Source: an uncultured Candidatus Sumerlaeota bacterium (GTDB lineage: Bacteria; Sumerlaeota; Sumerlaeia; SLMS01; JAHLLQ01). Taken from it: 64,000 nucleotides of DNA. How positions within the stretch are numbered: position 1 is the stretch's first letter; every line of letters begins with the position of its first letter. The DNA is taken from positions 23,261 through 87,260 of the forward strand of contig CAZOKZ010000001.1 of the NCBI GenBank assembly GCA_964580585.1, written 5' to 3'. The notes under the pieces are model-generated. The model was not told where the DNA came from, ran no database searches, and saw nothing but the letters and a program-made list of their open reading frames with translations. Shown piece by piece: positions 9,763 to 19,405 of this stretch. The translations under genes and the position numbers were made by a program.

Positions 9763-10773
9763 ATGATACCCAATAATAAATTTTTCATTCTATTTGTTGC
9801 TCTCTTCCATTTTGTTTTGGGTGTGCACGTTGCGAATGCCGAAACCAACTCGTCGGATGCATCATCCACGGCAACGCTTTCCTCCGTCCCCATAAAACCA
9901 AATCCACTGCGCATCGGATTTTTACGTCCGGAAGGCGAAACGGATTTAACCGAAGAAAGCATGGAGGGGTTGCGCAAAGCGTTGCTTGCCGACAATGCCC
10001 TCCAACAAGCGGCTACGCGCGCATATGATGCTCGTGGGATTGGCCTGTATGAAATTGATGGAGGGACGGAGATGCTCAGTCGGCTGAACGCGCGTGAATT
10101 GGATGTCGCGTTTGTACCGAGTCGCATCTGGGCCGAGCAATCCGCCGGATACACGGTGATTTTACAAACGCGAAGAAAACGCGACTTTACCGCCACGCGC
10201 GGGCGAATGGTCTGGCAACGTGGTGTGGTTTTTGTCAGTTCGCGCAGTCCGTTTTTCGATTCGGAAACGATCGATTCTTCTGACTTCGCAACCTATCTTG
10301 GCGAACAACGTATCGCCGTTGTTTCGTCGAAGAGCATGGCTGGTTATGTAGCGCCATTGCTGGCGCTTTCCGATGAATACAACCGTTCATATCCGGCGGC
10401 GGATTTGCTTTGGTGTGAATCCAGTGCCGAAGTCACTAAAGCCGTTATTTCCGGGCTTGCCGATGTGGGGACATGCGAAGAAGGCGCGATGATCGAAACG
10501 TTGAATGCGTCCGGAATCAGCGACCGTCAGCAGGAATTCACTCGCGTGATCCTCCGTTCCAGCCCTGTGCCCACCGATCCCGTTGTGGTGCACCCGGACT
10601 TGGCGCCGTCTCGATCGGAACTGGGGCGCGAACTGAAACGTGTATTGCGTTCGTATTCACTCGAAACGGGATTTGGAACAATGTCGCTTCAAGATGCACA
10701 GGACAGCGACTACGAGGAAACCCGGGCGCTTCTGCGCCGATTCGACGATCGACTGGGGAAATCCTTGCGATGA
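9763..10773 (+). CDS. Periplasmic substrate-binding-fold protein (PhnD/SsuA-like type 2 PBP), probable sensor partner of the downstream kinase.
   Basis: Signal peptide MIPNNKFFILFVALFHFVLGVHVANA; PBP-like fold by pattern; its stop overlaps the HK start. Confidence 0.45.
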   Translation: MIPNNKFFILFVALFHFVLGVHVANAETNSSDASSTATLSSVPIKPNPLRIGFLRPEGETDLTEESMEGLRKALLADNALQQAATRAYDARGIGLYEIDGGTEMLSRLNARELDVAFVPSRIWAEQSAGYTVILQTRRKRDFTATRGRMVWQRGVVFVSSRSPFFDSETIDSSDFATYLGEQRIAVVSSKSMAGYVAPLLALSDEYNRSYPAADLLWCESSAEVTKAVISGLADVGTCEEGAMIETLNASGISDRQQEFTRVILRSSPVPTDPVVVHPDLAPSRSELGRELKRVLRSYSLETGFGTMSLQDAQDSDYEETRALLRRFDDRLGKSLR

Positions 10774-12023
10774 CGTCTCCGTCCCCTTCGCGCACGCCGG
10801 CATTGTGGCCGCTGATACTTGCGCTGGTGTTTACCGTCGCCGCGCTCGTTATATTGTTTTGGCTACGTGGACGCGTCGTGAAAGAGGAGAAAGCCTTCCT
10901 TGCCTATTCTGTGCGACTCTTTGAATTGTCGGATGCCCTGCGCCGACCGGAAAACGACTCGGTGCGGTTCTCTCAGATCGAGTCCATCGCACGTAGTATC
11001 GAAGAACGCGATTTGATCGCCCATTTGCTCGTGAGTAAAAATACACAACAACGCCAAGAAGTGTTGCTTTACCCGTATTATTACGATCTCGCACATCCAA
11101 ACTGGAGCAATGAGATTTCCCAATATCAACGATTGACCATTGGTGAGGAAAACACTCCTCGCGGGTGGATTTACGTGCGCCTGAATCCCGCCAATCGCCA
11201 AGCCATCGACCGCGTTATTCTGGCATTCAGCGCCTTGATGGTTTTTTGTCTCGGCGCATTGATTTTCCGCCAACGCGGCAAAGAAACTGAGCTACATCGC
11301 ACAGTTTCAGAACTTGAGCAACGTCGGGCGGAAGTCATCCGACTCGAACGGCTGGCGTTGGCCGGACAACTCTCCGCCAATATTTTTCACGATATCAAAA
11401 AACCGGTTCTGAACATCAAGCACGAGGTCACCGACGCGCTCGATATGGGCCATTCCAGCGAGGAAACCCTTCGGGCGGTACATGAACAAACCGAGTTGTT
11501 TTTGAAAATGTTGCGCGAATTGGGTTTTGAACAATTCGTGCGCGCAGAAACCGAAGAAGGCGAATATTGCGATGTACCAGAAATGGTCGAACGTGCATTG
11601 TCCCTGGTGAAGTATGAACGCGGCGATGTGGAGATTGAAATTGATGTGCCAAACGATGGTTCGTTGCCGTTGATATTTGCTTCGCCGCATCGCCTGATTC
11701 AGTTATTTTCCAACCTGATTTTAAATGCTTACCAGGCAATGGATGGCAAAGGAGTCCTGCGGATTCGCGCAACATTGGAAGACAAAAACATCGCTCTTCA
11801 ATTCGATGACAATGGCCCGGGCATCGATCCTGAACTGCGCGAAACGTTGTTCGATCCATTTGTCACGACAAAAAGCCACTCCGAAGGTTCTGGCCTTGGT
11901 TTATACATTTGCGCGAAAATCGCTGCCGATTTGCACGGCGAACTGGTTCTGACGAATTCATCCTTCGAGCAAGGAACTGGATTCAAGATTGTGCTTCCCG
12001 GGTTGCAACCAGAGTCCATATGA
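10770..12023 (+). CDS. Sensor histidine kinase (TM helix, HisKA and HATPase_c domains).
   Basis: H-box LALAGQLSANIFHDIKKP; N, G1, G2 boxes (DDNGPGID, GSGLGL); ATGA overlap with the upstream gene. Confidence 0.8.
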   Translation: MTSPSPSRTPALWPLILALVFTVAALVILFWLRGRVVKEEKAFLAYSVRLFELSDALRRPENDSVRFSQIESIARSIEERDLIAHLLVSKNTQQRQEVLLYPYYYDLAHPNWSNEISQYQRLTIGEENTPRGWIYVRLNPANRQAIDRVILAFSALMVFCLGALIFRQRGKETELHRTVSELEQRRAEVIRLERLALAGQLSANIFHDIKKPVLNIKHEVTDALDMGHSSEETLRAVHEQTELFLKMLRELGFEQFVRAETEEGEYCDVPEMVERALSLVKYERGDVEIEIDVPNDGSLPLIFASPHRLIQLFSNLILNAYQAMDGKGVLRIRATLEDKNIALQFDDNGPGIDPELRETLFDPFVTTKSHSEGSGLGLYICAKIAADLHGELVLTNSSFEQGTGFKIVLPGLQPESI

Positions 12024-12074
12024 AGTTACCTTGAAAGAGTGGGATTTTGGATCCAATTCTGGTGGTTGGTTAAC

Positions 12075-13547
12075 ATGACAAACAGCAGCACAAACCCTTA
12101 TCAACGACTCGACGTGTGGGAAACGCTCAAAGCCCACGTGCTCGATCACGTGCCGCGATTACTGGAGCACGTGCCAGACAAATCGCGCGCCGATTGGAAA
12201 CGTCTGCCGCTATTCGAGGCTCAACTGTTCGCGGCAATGGTGTTGCTTGATTTAGACGTGGAAAGCTCTTCGCTTCGGCGCCAGGCGCGTTCGTTTTTGA
12301 AAGAGTTGAAGGACGAAGAAACTGCTCAAACACCCGCATTCGGTGTTGTGCGCGAATCTTCTCCCACGTTTGTGGAAAAATTGACTCCCACTAAACGAAA
12401 AAAAGTACAGCAATTGATCGCCGCTGTTGAGGCGAATCCTCCAGGAGCCTTTTTGGCTGACGTGTCGGGCCCACAAGCCGCCGTTAGATGGGTGGGTCAG
12501 GAAATCAAACATCTCAATGGACTCAAAGCGCATCGTTGGCTGGTTGCCTTGGGCTATCCGATGGCGGTGCCCGATGCCGCCCGGCAACGGTTTCTGATGC
12601 GCATGGGCTGGATGGGAACAGAATCAGGTTCAGGCGATGAAAAACGTGCGCAAACGTTGGAGTCGCTTGAGGTGTTGGCGCATGAAGTTGGCGCAACGTT
12701 GAGTGAAATCAACCTTGTGTTAGGAGCATTTTGCGGGTCGGGTGGTGAAATTGCGCGCCAGGCAGCGCGCTGCCTGGGAGTCCCCAAATGTCCGCAATGT
12801 CCACTTGCCAAACATTGCACCTACTACCGGTTGCGCGGGAAAGAAGTCCGCTCACAGAACCGCAGTCTGGTGGCTACCACCCGCAAAGAGCAGCGCCCAC
12901 GTGAACGGTTGGCAGCTCAAGGCCCCGGAGTATTGAGCGATGAAGAATTGCTCGCCATTATTCTGCGCACTGGTGGGGGAGGACTGAACGCCATCGATCT
13001 GGCGCAGCAAATTTTACGCGAGGCCGGAACGTTCGAGCGCCTGGCTGCCATGTCGGTGGCCGAATTGGCCCGCTTTCCCGGTATGGGAGAGGTCAAGGCA
13101 ATCACAATCAAAGCGGCGCTTGAAATGGCGCGGCGATTGAAACAAAGCGGCGATGGTTCGGTGGGGGTGAAAATCAACAGTGCCCGGCGCGTCTTCGAGC
13201 GTTTACGTCCCCGATTTATCGGAGCGACAAAGGAAGAGTTTCTGGTATTGTTGTTGAACACCAAATTGGAAATTACGCGCGAAGTTCACGTTTCAACGGG
13301 AACGTTGAACCAAAGCCTCGTTCATCCCCGTGAGGTATTCAGCGAAGCAATTCGCGACGCCGCTCACGCGGTGATCTTCATCCACAATCACCCAAGCGGC
13401 GACCCCGAGCCCAGCCGGGAGGATTTTGCGGTGACGAATAAATTGGTCAAGGCGGGCGAAATCATGGGAATTCAAGTGCTCGATCATATTATCATTGGGC
13501 GCGACCGATACTATTCCTTTGCGGACGAGGGGAAATTGACCTCGTAA
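12075..13547 (+). CDS. radC: RadC/JAB-domain protein with an extra N-terminal domain of about 280 aa resembling an HhH-GPD (EndoIII-like) module, including an FCL-like Cys loop.
   Basis: C-terminal HNHPSGDPEPSREDFAVT JAMM-like motif and RadC HhH N-region (LSDEELLAIIL...); N-terminal C-x5-C-x2-C-x5-C and HhH-like LNGLKAHRWLVALGY. Confidence 0.7.
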   Translation: MTNSSTNPYQRLDVWETLKAHVLDHVPRLLEHVPDKSRADWKRLPLFEAQLFAAMVLLDLDVESSSLRRQARSFLKELKDEETAQTPAFGVVRESSPTFVEKLTPTKRKKVQQLIAAVEANPPGAFLADVSGPQAAVRWVGQEIKHLNGLKAHRWLVALGYPMAVPDAARQRFLMRMGWMGTESGSGDEKRAQTLESLEVLAHEVGATLSEINLVLGAFCGSGGEIARQAARCLGVPKCPQCPLAKHCTYYRLRGKEVRSQNRSLVATTRKEQRPRERLAAQGPGVLSDEELLAIILRTGGGGLNAIDLAQQILREAGTFERLAAMSVAELARFPGMGEVKAITIKAALEMARRLKQSGDGSVGVKINSARRVFERLRPRFIGATKEEFLVLLLNTKLEITREVHVSTGTLNQSLVHPREVFSEAIRDAAHAVIFIHNHPSGDPEPSREDFAVTNKLVKAGEIMGIQVLDHIIIGRDRYYSFADEGKLTS

Positions 13548-13667
13548 GCCGGAAGTTCGGCATCTAGGAATGATCCTCCTTGCGAACCAGCCCTGGTTTT
13601 ATGCAACTATTTTCAAGCGACAGAAAATATGAGCTGTCGAGTTAATAATAATTGGGAAAGAAATATA

Positions 13668-15005
13668 ATGAGTTTTGAACATTTTGGCCTGCGTTCCGAA
13701 TTATTGGACGCAATCCAGCAGCTCGAATTCGACAAACCTACCCAGGTCCAGGAAAAAGCCATCCCGGAAATTCTTAAGGGGCGCGATGTTTTAGGGCGTG
13801 CGCAAACAGGTACGGGGAAAACTGCGGCGTATGGGTTGCCTATTCTTCATCGTTTATTGGAGCAAACGAACCGGCGTCCCCGCGTGTTGGTGATTCTGCC
13901 GACACGGGAATTAGCGCGCCAAGTCAACGAGCAAATGACGGAACTGGCGCGATTTACCAAACTGAAGGGATTCAGCGTTACCGGCGGCGAGGCCTACGTG
14001 ATTCAGGAACATGCGTTTCGCGCTGGCGGAATGGACTGGATCGCCACCACACCCGGGCGATTGCTTTATCACCTCTCGCACGATTATGTGGACTTCAGCG
14101 CTATCGAGTATTTGGTCCTCGATGAAGCCGATCAACTGCTCGACATGGGATTTATTCAGGACATCCGCAAGATCGTCAGTTACCTGCCCGAAAAACGGAT
14201 GACGCTATTATTCTCGGCGACCTTGCCCGCGCAAATGCGCGAACTGGCGCGTCATATTCTGACAAATCCCATTCGTATCGACGTGGGGTTGGCAACGACC
14301 GCCGAACCGGTTGTCGAGGAACTCTGGCCTGTGCCTCAGGATCAAAAACTCGACCTGCTGGTGCGTTTGCTCGATCAACGTCAGATGACCAGTGCCCTGA
14401 TTTTCACACGCACGAAACGTCGGGCGGATTCGTTGGCGAACAGTTTGGAACGAGCGGGAAAAACCGCCGAAGTCCTTCACGCCGACCGAGTCATGGCCGA
14501 TCGCAAGACCTCGCTGGCTTCTTTTCGCGCAGGCGATGTTCCCATTCTCGTCGCAACAGATCTGGCCGCGCGGGGGTTGGACATTTCCGGTATTTCCCAT
14601 GTGATTAATTACGATGTTCCAACCGCGCCAGAAGATTATATTCATCGCGTCGGTCGCACAGGCCGGGCCGGTCGAACGGGAGAAGCCCTGACTTTTATGT
14701 CGGCGAACGAAGAAATTTGCATCGCTAAAATCGAACATCTTATCGGCAAGCGCATTCCAAGCAAACGGATGGAAAATTTCCCTTATCATGAGGAACGGCG
14801 AGAGGATGCCGAAGAAATCAAGTCCCGATCCAATCGCCTTGCCAATTTTAACACTCGACTCGGATCCAAGGAAAAACGCGAATCGCCATTTACAAAAAAT
14901 GGTACTGCGCGGCGCGGATTTGAAGTCCCCGACCCGAACACCGAAGAGAAAAAAAGACGACGTAAACGCGTGAAGATCAGAAAGAAGCTGCCGCATCAGC
15001 GATAA
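13668..15005 (+). CDS. DEAD-box ATP-dependent RNA helicase.
   Basis: Q motif, GTGKT, DEAD (VLDEAD), SAT and HRVGRTGR motifs; basic C-terminal tail. Confidence 0.85.
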   Translation: MSFEHFGLRSELLDAIQQLEFDKPTQVQEKAIPEILKGRDVLGRAQTGTGKTAAYGLPILHRLLEQTNRRPRVLVILPTRELARQVNEQMTELARFTKLKGFSVTGGEAYVIQEHAFRAGGMDWIATTPGRLLYHLSHDYVDFSAIEYLVLDEADQLLDMGFIQDIRKIVSYLPEKRMTLLFSATLPAQMRELARHILTNPIRIDVGLATTAEPVVEELWPVPQDQKLDLLVRLLDQRQMTSALIFTRTKRRADSLANSLERAGKTAEVLHADRVMADRKTSLASFRAGDVPILVATDLAARGLDISGISHVINYDVPTAPEDYIHRVGRTGRAGRTGEALTFMSANEEICIAKIEHLIGKRIPSKRMENFPYHEERREDAEEIKSRSNRLANFNTRLGSKEKRESPFTKNGTARRGFEVPDPNTEEKKRRRKRVKIRKKLPHQR

Positions 15006-15034
15006 CCTCTACACAGTACCCGATAAAAACGAAT

Positions 15035-15070
15035 CCGCCTCGCAATTATCTTGCGAGGCGGAAGTTTTTT
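15035..15070. terminator. Bidirectional rho-independent terminator (CCGCCTCGCAA-TTATC-TTGCGAGGCGG followed by TTTTTT, with an A-run upstream) between the convergent helicase gene and zapA.
   Basis: Perfect 11-bp stem plus U-tract, read from sequence. Confidence 0.6.
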
Positions 15071-15088
15071 CGGATGAAACGAGGTGGG

Positions 15089-15424
15089 TTAGACCGCCAA
15101 GGCATTATCGACTTTGGCGAGCAAGCCTTCGAGGCGTTTGACGGCTTCGCGTTGGCGTTGCAACTCGTGGTGCAACTGTTCGGCTTCGTCCAGACAGTCG
15201 TTTGCGATATTCAAATCGCATGCGAACTGAAAAGCCACCATGGTGGCGATTTTTTGGGGCGAAGCGGTAGCCATGCGTTCGGTCAATTTCCGCATGCGCT
15301 CCGCAACCTGAGCCGCAGCTTTCTCGACATGAACCTTTTCCTCCGGTTCGATTTCGAGGCGCACTTCATGACCGGCAACATTGACGGCGATCTTTTCCCG
15401 ACTCGAATTATCCAGCGTTTTCAT
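15089..15424 (-). CDS. zapA: Cell division protein ZapA.
   Basis: Pattern similarity to the ZapA N-terminal domain plus a coiled coil; 111 aa; co-operonic with a ZapB-like gene. Confidence 0.65.
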   Translation of the reverse strand: MKTLDNSSREKIAVNVAGHEVRLEIEPEEKVHVEKAAAQVAERMRKLTERMATASPQKIATMVAFQFACDLNIANDCLDEAEQLHHELQRQREAVKRLEGLLAKVDNALAV

Positions 15425-16241
15425 GGACTAACTCCATTTGAGAAAGGCATTCTTCGGCGTGTTGAATTCGATCGATCAGGACGCTGAGGCGTTGACGCAT
15501 TTTTTCATCGCGTGCGTCGGCATTCTGAATACGCTGCACCAGTTCCTCTTTCTCCTGGCGCAGAACGGTCAATTCACTTTCCAATTCGTTGAACTGGCCC
15601 ATGCGCGATTCCAATTCGAGGAATTTTTCGACTTCCTCGTCAAGGTCGCGCTGTAATTCATCACGTTTCTGATTCAGACCGGTGATCGTTCCCTCAAGAC
15701 CCGCCACACGGTTTTGCGCTTCTTCGAGTTGGCTACGCATTCCATCTACCTCGCGTGACAATTCACCCACTCGATTGTTGGCTAGGTCCAATTGGCCCTG
15801 AATTTCATTGCGGTGGTTGACAACACCGTCGTGCCAACCTTCCAGCTCGGTGATGCGTGCGCGAGCCCCATCCAGTTCGCCCTGGATTTCATCGCGATGC
15901 TTCACGGCGCTATCGTGCCAGCCCTGGATTTCATTGGCGCGGGCCTGGGCTGCGTCCAATTCACTGCGAACGGTATTCAATTCATTATGAAGATTTTCTT
16001 TTTCGCCACGTAACTGGTCGCGTTCGGTGCGCAGCGCTTCGAGCTCCTTGCGCTCTTCCTCGAAACGCGCCAATTCTTCGAGCGCTTCCGAAAGATCCGA
16101 CTGAATTTTGTCGTGGTCGGCGACCGTGACTTTCAAGGCGTCGTTTTCGGTTTCCAACTGATTCTTCGTCGTGCGCAGGGATTCGAGCTCGTCAATGAGG
16201 CGATTTACGCGCGCTTCCAACTGATCAACAATTTCCACCAT
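15408..16241 (-). CDS. ZapB-like coiled-coil protein, extended to 277 aa, with internal repeats (GWHD ... EIQG.LD).
   Basis: N-terminus resembles the ZapB leucine-zipper region; a coiled-coil heptad pattern runs throughout; overlaps the zapA start by 17 nt. Confidence 0.5.
   Translation of the reverse strand: MVEIVDQLEARVNRLIDELESLRTTKNQLETENDALKVTVADHDKIQSDLSEALEELARFEEERKELEALRTERDQLRGEKENLHNELNTVRSELDAAQARANEIQGWHDSAVKHRDEIQGELDGARARITELEGWHDGVVNHRNEIQGQLDLANNRVGELSREVDGMRSQLEEAQNRVAGLEGTITGLNQKRDELQRDLDEEVEKFLELESRMGQFNELESELTVLRQEKEELVQRIQNADARDEKMRQRLSVLIDRIQHAEECLSQMELVHENAG
15787..15954. repeat. Two tandem copies of an 84-nt unit inside the ZapB-like gene, encoding the 28-aa repeat GWHD.VV.HR.EIQG.LD ...
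   Basis: Direct comparison of 15787-15870 with 15871-15954, about 70% identical. Confidence 0.5.
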
Positions 16242-16618
16242 GAGCGTATCATCCTTCCGAATAGGTATCTGCAGGAACAGGAACGGGGTTTGAATCTAAA
16301 GATTCCCTGGAAACACCCGAACCCTGTCGAATGAGTCCTCACAGTGTCAATAGTAATGCGGAATACCATGAAGTCTTCTTTTGGACTGCGAGTTATCCAC
16401 AGCTTTGCCGAATCGGCGCAACAACCTGGGGGAGGAATGGCGGGTTTTTGACACCTAATGGCTATTGAAACGCTTCTATTGAATCTTACGCAACTGTTGA
16501 ATTTACAATCTCCTGCGCAAAACCCTCGCGCCGCCGAAATTCCCCGTGGCATACTTTGAGATTGCGATATGATCTCCCCAGGATGCTGGGCGCTTGCCCG
16601 CTCGCAAAGGCTGCAACG

Positions 16619-17113
16619 ATGGCGTCTTACGCCTTTGGCTTGATATCCGACACGCATGGAGTCCTGCACCCAGATGTCTTCGACATCTTCGATGGGGTGC
16701 ATGCGATTTTTCATGCGGGCGATGTCGAAGGCGAAGATATACTGGACGAATTGGAAACCATCGCTCCCGTTTTTGCCGTTCAGGGAAATTGCGATCATCC
16801 CAGCCCACGATTGCCCCCTATCCAGGTTATCGATGCGCCGTTTGGCAGCATTGTTGTCTCTCACAGTCATCTGGTAGCGGGGGGGGTTGCTCATCCGAAA
16901 ATGTTGGCCAAGCACTTTGGGCGCTATAATCCCCGGGTCATTATTTTTGGGCACACACACCGGCCCTATGAGTACGAACACGACGGAATTTGGCTGATCA
17001 ATCCCGGACCGGCAGGAAAATCGCGTAACTATGACAATGCGTCGGTCGTTTACATGCAATGGCACGATGAAAACGACGAATTGACGTTCGACTTTGTGCC
17101 CTTGATTTGGTGA
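16619..17113 (+). CDS. Metallophosphoesterase, YfcE/MJ0936 family.
   Basis: GLISDTHG, HAGD, GNCD and GHTH motifs. Confidence 0.8.
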   Translation: MASYAFGLISDTHGVLHPDVFDIFDGVHAIFHAGDVEGEDILDELETIAPVFAVQGNCDHPSPRLPPIQVIDAPFGSIVVSHSHLVAGGVAHPKMLAKHFGRYNPRVIIFGHTHRPYEYEHDGIWLINPGPAGKSRNYDNASVVYMQWHDENDELTFDFVPLIW

Positions 17114-17163
17114 TCGACTTTGCCCGATTCGGGGCGCTCAATAACTGAAAGCCGGGGAACGGC

Positions 17164-17715
17164 ATGAATAGACCAAAAATTCCAATAACGCTAGTCTTGT
17201 TTGTTCTATTTACTTTCTTTACGCTGCTCGAGATAAAGTTGATTTTCATGCTCGCCGCGTGGACCAGTTGGCCGACCACGATCCTGATTGCCATCGGTAC
17301 GGGCTTGGCCGGTTCGGTGATGGTCAAACGCGAGGGCCTGAACGTCATCACTCGGGCCAAACGGGAGCTTGCCTCGGGTCAATTTCCGGCAGAACCCATC
17401 GCCGATGGGTTAATAATTCTCATCGGTGGGGCATTTTTGATCACCCCGGGTTTGATAACCGACCTGATCGGACTTTCTACCCTCGTTGCTCCGATTCGCA
17501 AGTTATACACAACTATCCTGATTCGGTGGGCAAAGCGCAGCTTCCAATTTCGTGTTGGAACAAATGGCGGTTTCCAGGCGTTTACCAGTGGCAGAGCACG
17601 ACCGCAACATCCGCATCAAGCACCATTCGAGGGTGAACCGGAGGATACACCTCATCGTCCGACACCCTTTAAGACGGACGACGCGGTGGATGTGGAATTT
17701 CGTCGGGTCGATTAG
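17164..17715 (+). CDS. fxsA: FxsA family inner-membrane protein.
   Basis: Two N-terminal TM helices and a conserved ITPGLITDLIGL-type motif, similar to E. coli FxsA. Confidence 0.75.
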   Translation: MNRPKIPITLVLFVLFTFFTLLEIKLIFMLAAWTSWPTTILIAIGTGLAGSVMVKREGLNVITRAKRELASGQFPAEPIADGLIILIGGAFLITPGLITDLIGLSTLVAPIRKLYTTILIRWAKRSFQFRVGTNGGFQAFTSGRARPQHPHQAPFEGEPEDTPHRPTPFKTDDAVDVEFRRVD

Positions 17716-18548
17716 CCTTTTCTGCGATTAGCCTTTGCTTCTCGATAGACTGATAGCGATCGGTGAGCTCGATCAAACAACGTTTGGCTATTTTCGATCT
17801 TCACCCCGGCGGAATCTTCATAAACCGAGATGAAACGTCCCGCTAATTCAGGCGTAAATTCGTATCGCATGACAGAAAGAAACAGCTCGAACAGAGCTTC
17901 ATCGCGTTTGGCGTTGGTGATGGGCTTACCGATGCGCGTACCATCGAGATCGATCAGGCAAAAACGTTCACCGATGGCAGCGTTTTTTTCGATCGGAACA
18001 ACAGGATAAATATGATCGCTGCGGTAATCGTGGTGATATACCAACAATCCGTGTATCCATGCTGTATATTGCGCTACCTGGTCGAGCATTTCACCATCGG
18101 GCCCATTTCGATTCAACCAATGATCGAGTGGCTCCCAAGCAGGTGGCAAACCTCGCGTGACGATAAAAGTGGTTCCGTCCGGTGATTTCGCATACAAAAC
18201 CGGCTCGGGAGTCAAAACGCCCTTTTCCAACAACTCACGTCCGGCTTTCCATTCCCGCCAGGACTTTGATCCGCGAAAGAGGTTGGAAATCCGCTGGCGC
18301 AACAATCGTGGTTTCATCCGCTTGAAATACAGTTTTTCATCCTTGAAATTGGAAGCCAGCACTAACCGCGAGCGCCCGCGTTTAGCGAGCTCAATCCCGT
18401 CGGGGAGCGGTTTTTTGTCGCCTGCGTTCTGCCAGGGCAGGGATTCTGGGGCGAGGTCCTCGTAACCGTGAAGAACGTACCCTCGGAATTTTCCTCGATG
18501 CCATTCGCGAGGTTCGGGTTGAGGGCCAGTGATGGGTGGAAGATTCAT
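17712..18548 (-). CDS. Lipopolysaccharide/Kdo kinase-like (PF06293-like) protein.
   Basis: HHDYRSDHIYP ... CLIDLDG resembles a kinase catalytic loop plus DFG-like motif; weak. Confidence 0.4.
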   Translation of the reverse strand: MNLPPITGPQPEPREWHRGKFRGYVLHGYEDLAPESLPWQNAGDKKPLPDGIELAKRGRSRLVLASNFKDEKLYFKRMKPRLLRQRISNLFRGSKSWREWKAGRELLEKGVLTPEPVLYAKSPDGTTFIVTRGLPPAWEPLDHWLNRNGPDGEMLDQVAQYTAWIHGLLVYHHDYRSDHIYPVVPIEKNAAIGERFCLIDLDGTRIGKPITNAKRDEALFELFLSVMRYEFTPELAGRFISVYEDSAGVKIENSQTLFDRAHRSLSVYREAKANRRKG

Positions 18549-18662
18549 ATCGGTGGCAAGAGAGAGTAAATTTTCTTCACTTTGGCGGAGAAGAGATTGC
18601 GACGCAAGCGCTGCTCGTCAATGTTTTCCGCCTTATCTGAATTTTAGCGAAATACTCGTCCG

Positions 18663-19388
18663 ATGAAAAACGATCCACGACAAGACCCAACCGATCCTGC
18701 CTGGCGTCCGCCGGTCGATGCGACTTTGCCCTTTCCTCCCGAGGGAGAAGTGGATCACCCGAATCTGAAGGAAGTGCTCTATACTCATCTGGAGCCGGGT
18801 AAAGTCGTTGTTGACGTGGGGTGTGGCACAGGGCCGTTCGAGTATCATCGCTATGCCGCGTCGTTCATTGCGTTCGACATGTTCGAGCCTGACAATCGTG
18901 AAGGCTTGGTAGAAGATCGCGATGAATTTCGTTTGGGCAAGTTGGAGACGTTTCCTATCGAAGATGCTTCGTGCGATGCCGTTATCCTGGGATTCATTCT
19001 GGAACACGTGCCGGACCCCGCGCGTTTCATGCGAGAAGCCGAACGTGTTTTGCGTCCCGGAGGATGGTGTTACGTGGCAGTACCGCATTACCGGTCGCTG
19101 GAAGACCGATTATTTCGTCTGGCAACAACCGTAGCGGGCAGTACACGCGGTCCGCACATTCAAAAGTTTACGTTTAAAAATTTCACCGAAATGGTGCACA
19201 ATGAAACCTCGTTGCGGTTAAGCAGTTGGCACTTGTTGCGTGCGTCGTTTTTGTTCATGATGCACCCGAAGTTGCGTCCCTTTCGACGCCCATTCATTCG
19301 CACGTTGCAAGTGTTGAAAAAAATCGGTCTGGATGGATTCCACGAAGCGAATTACCAATTTTTATTTCGCAAGGCATTAGACCCCTAG
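18663..19388 (+). CDS. Class I SAM-dependent methyltransferase.
   Basis: VVDVGCGTGPF (motif I) and LRPGGWCYVAVP (post-II). Confidence 0.7.
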   Translation: MKNDPRQDPTDPAWRPPVDATLPFPPEGEVDHPNLKEVLYTHLEPGKVVVDVGCGTGPFEYHRYAASFIAFDMFEPDNREGLVEDRDEFRLGKLETFPIEDASCDAVILGFILEHVPDPARFMREAERVLRPGGWCYVAVPHYRSLEDRLFRLATTVAGSTRGPHIQKFTFKNFTEMVHNETSLRLSSWHLLRASFLFMMHPKLRPFRRPFIRTLQVLKKIGLDGFHEANYQFLFRKALDP

Positions 19389-19405
19389 AATAATACAGGC
19401 AATTC

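Noticed and set aside
15006-15088. Possible 6S RNA (ssrS) next to zapA, as in Enterobacteria.
   Set aside because: The 83-nt spacer holds only a bidirectional terminator hairpin. It is too short for 6S RNA.
16205-17065. ORF of 286 aa on the minus strand.
   Set aside because: It lies antisense across the well-supported YfcE-type metallophosphoesterase gene (16619-17113) and the intergenic region, and it has no recognisable motifs. It is a shadow ORF from GC-rich coding sequence.
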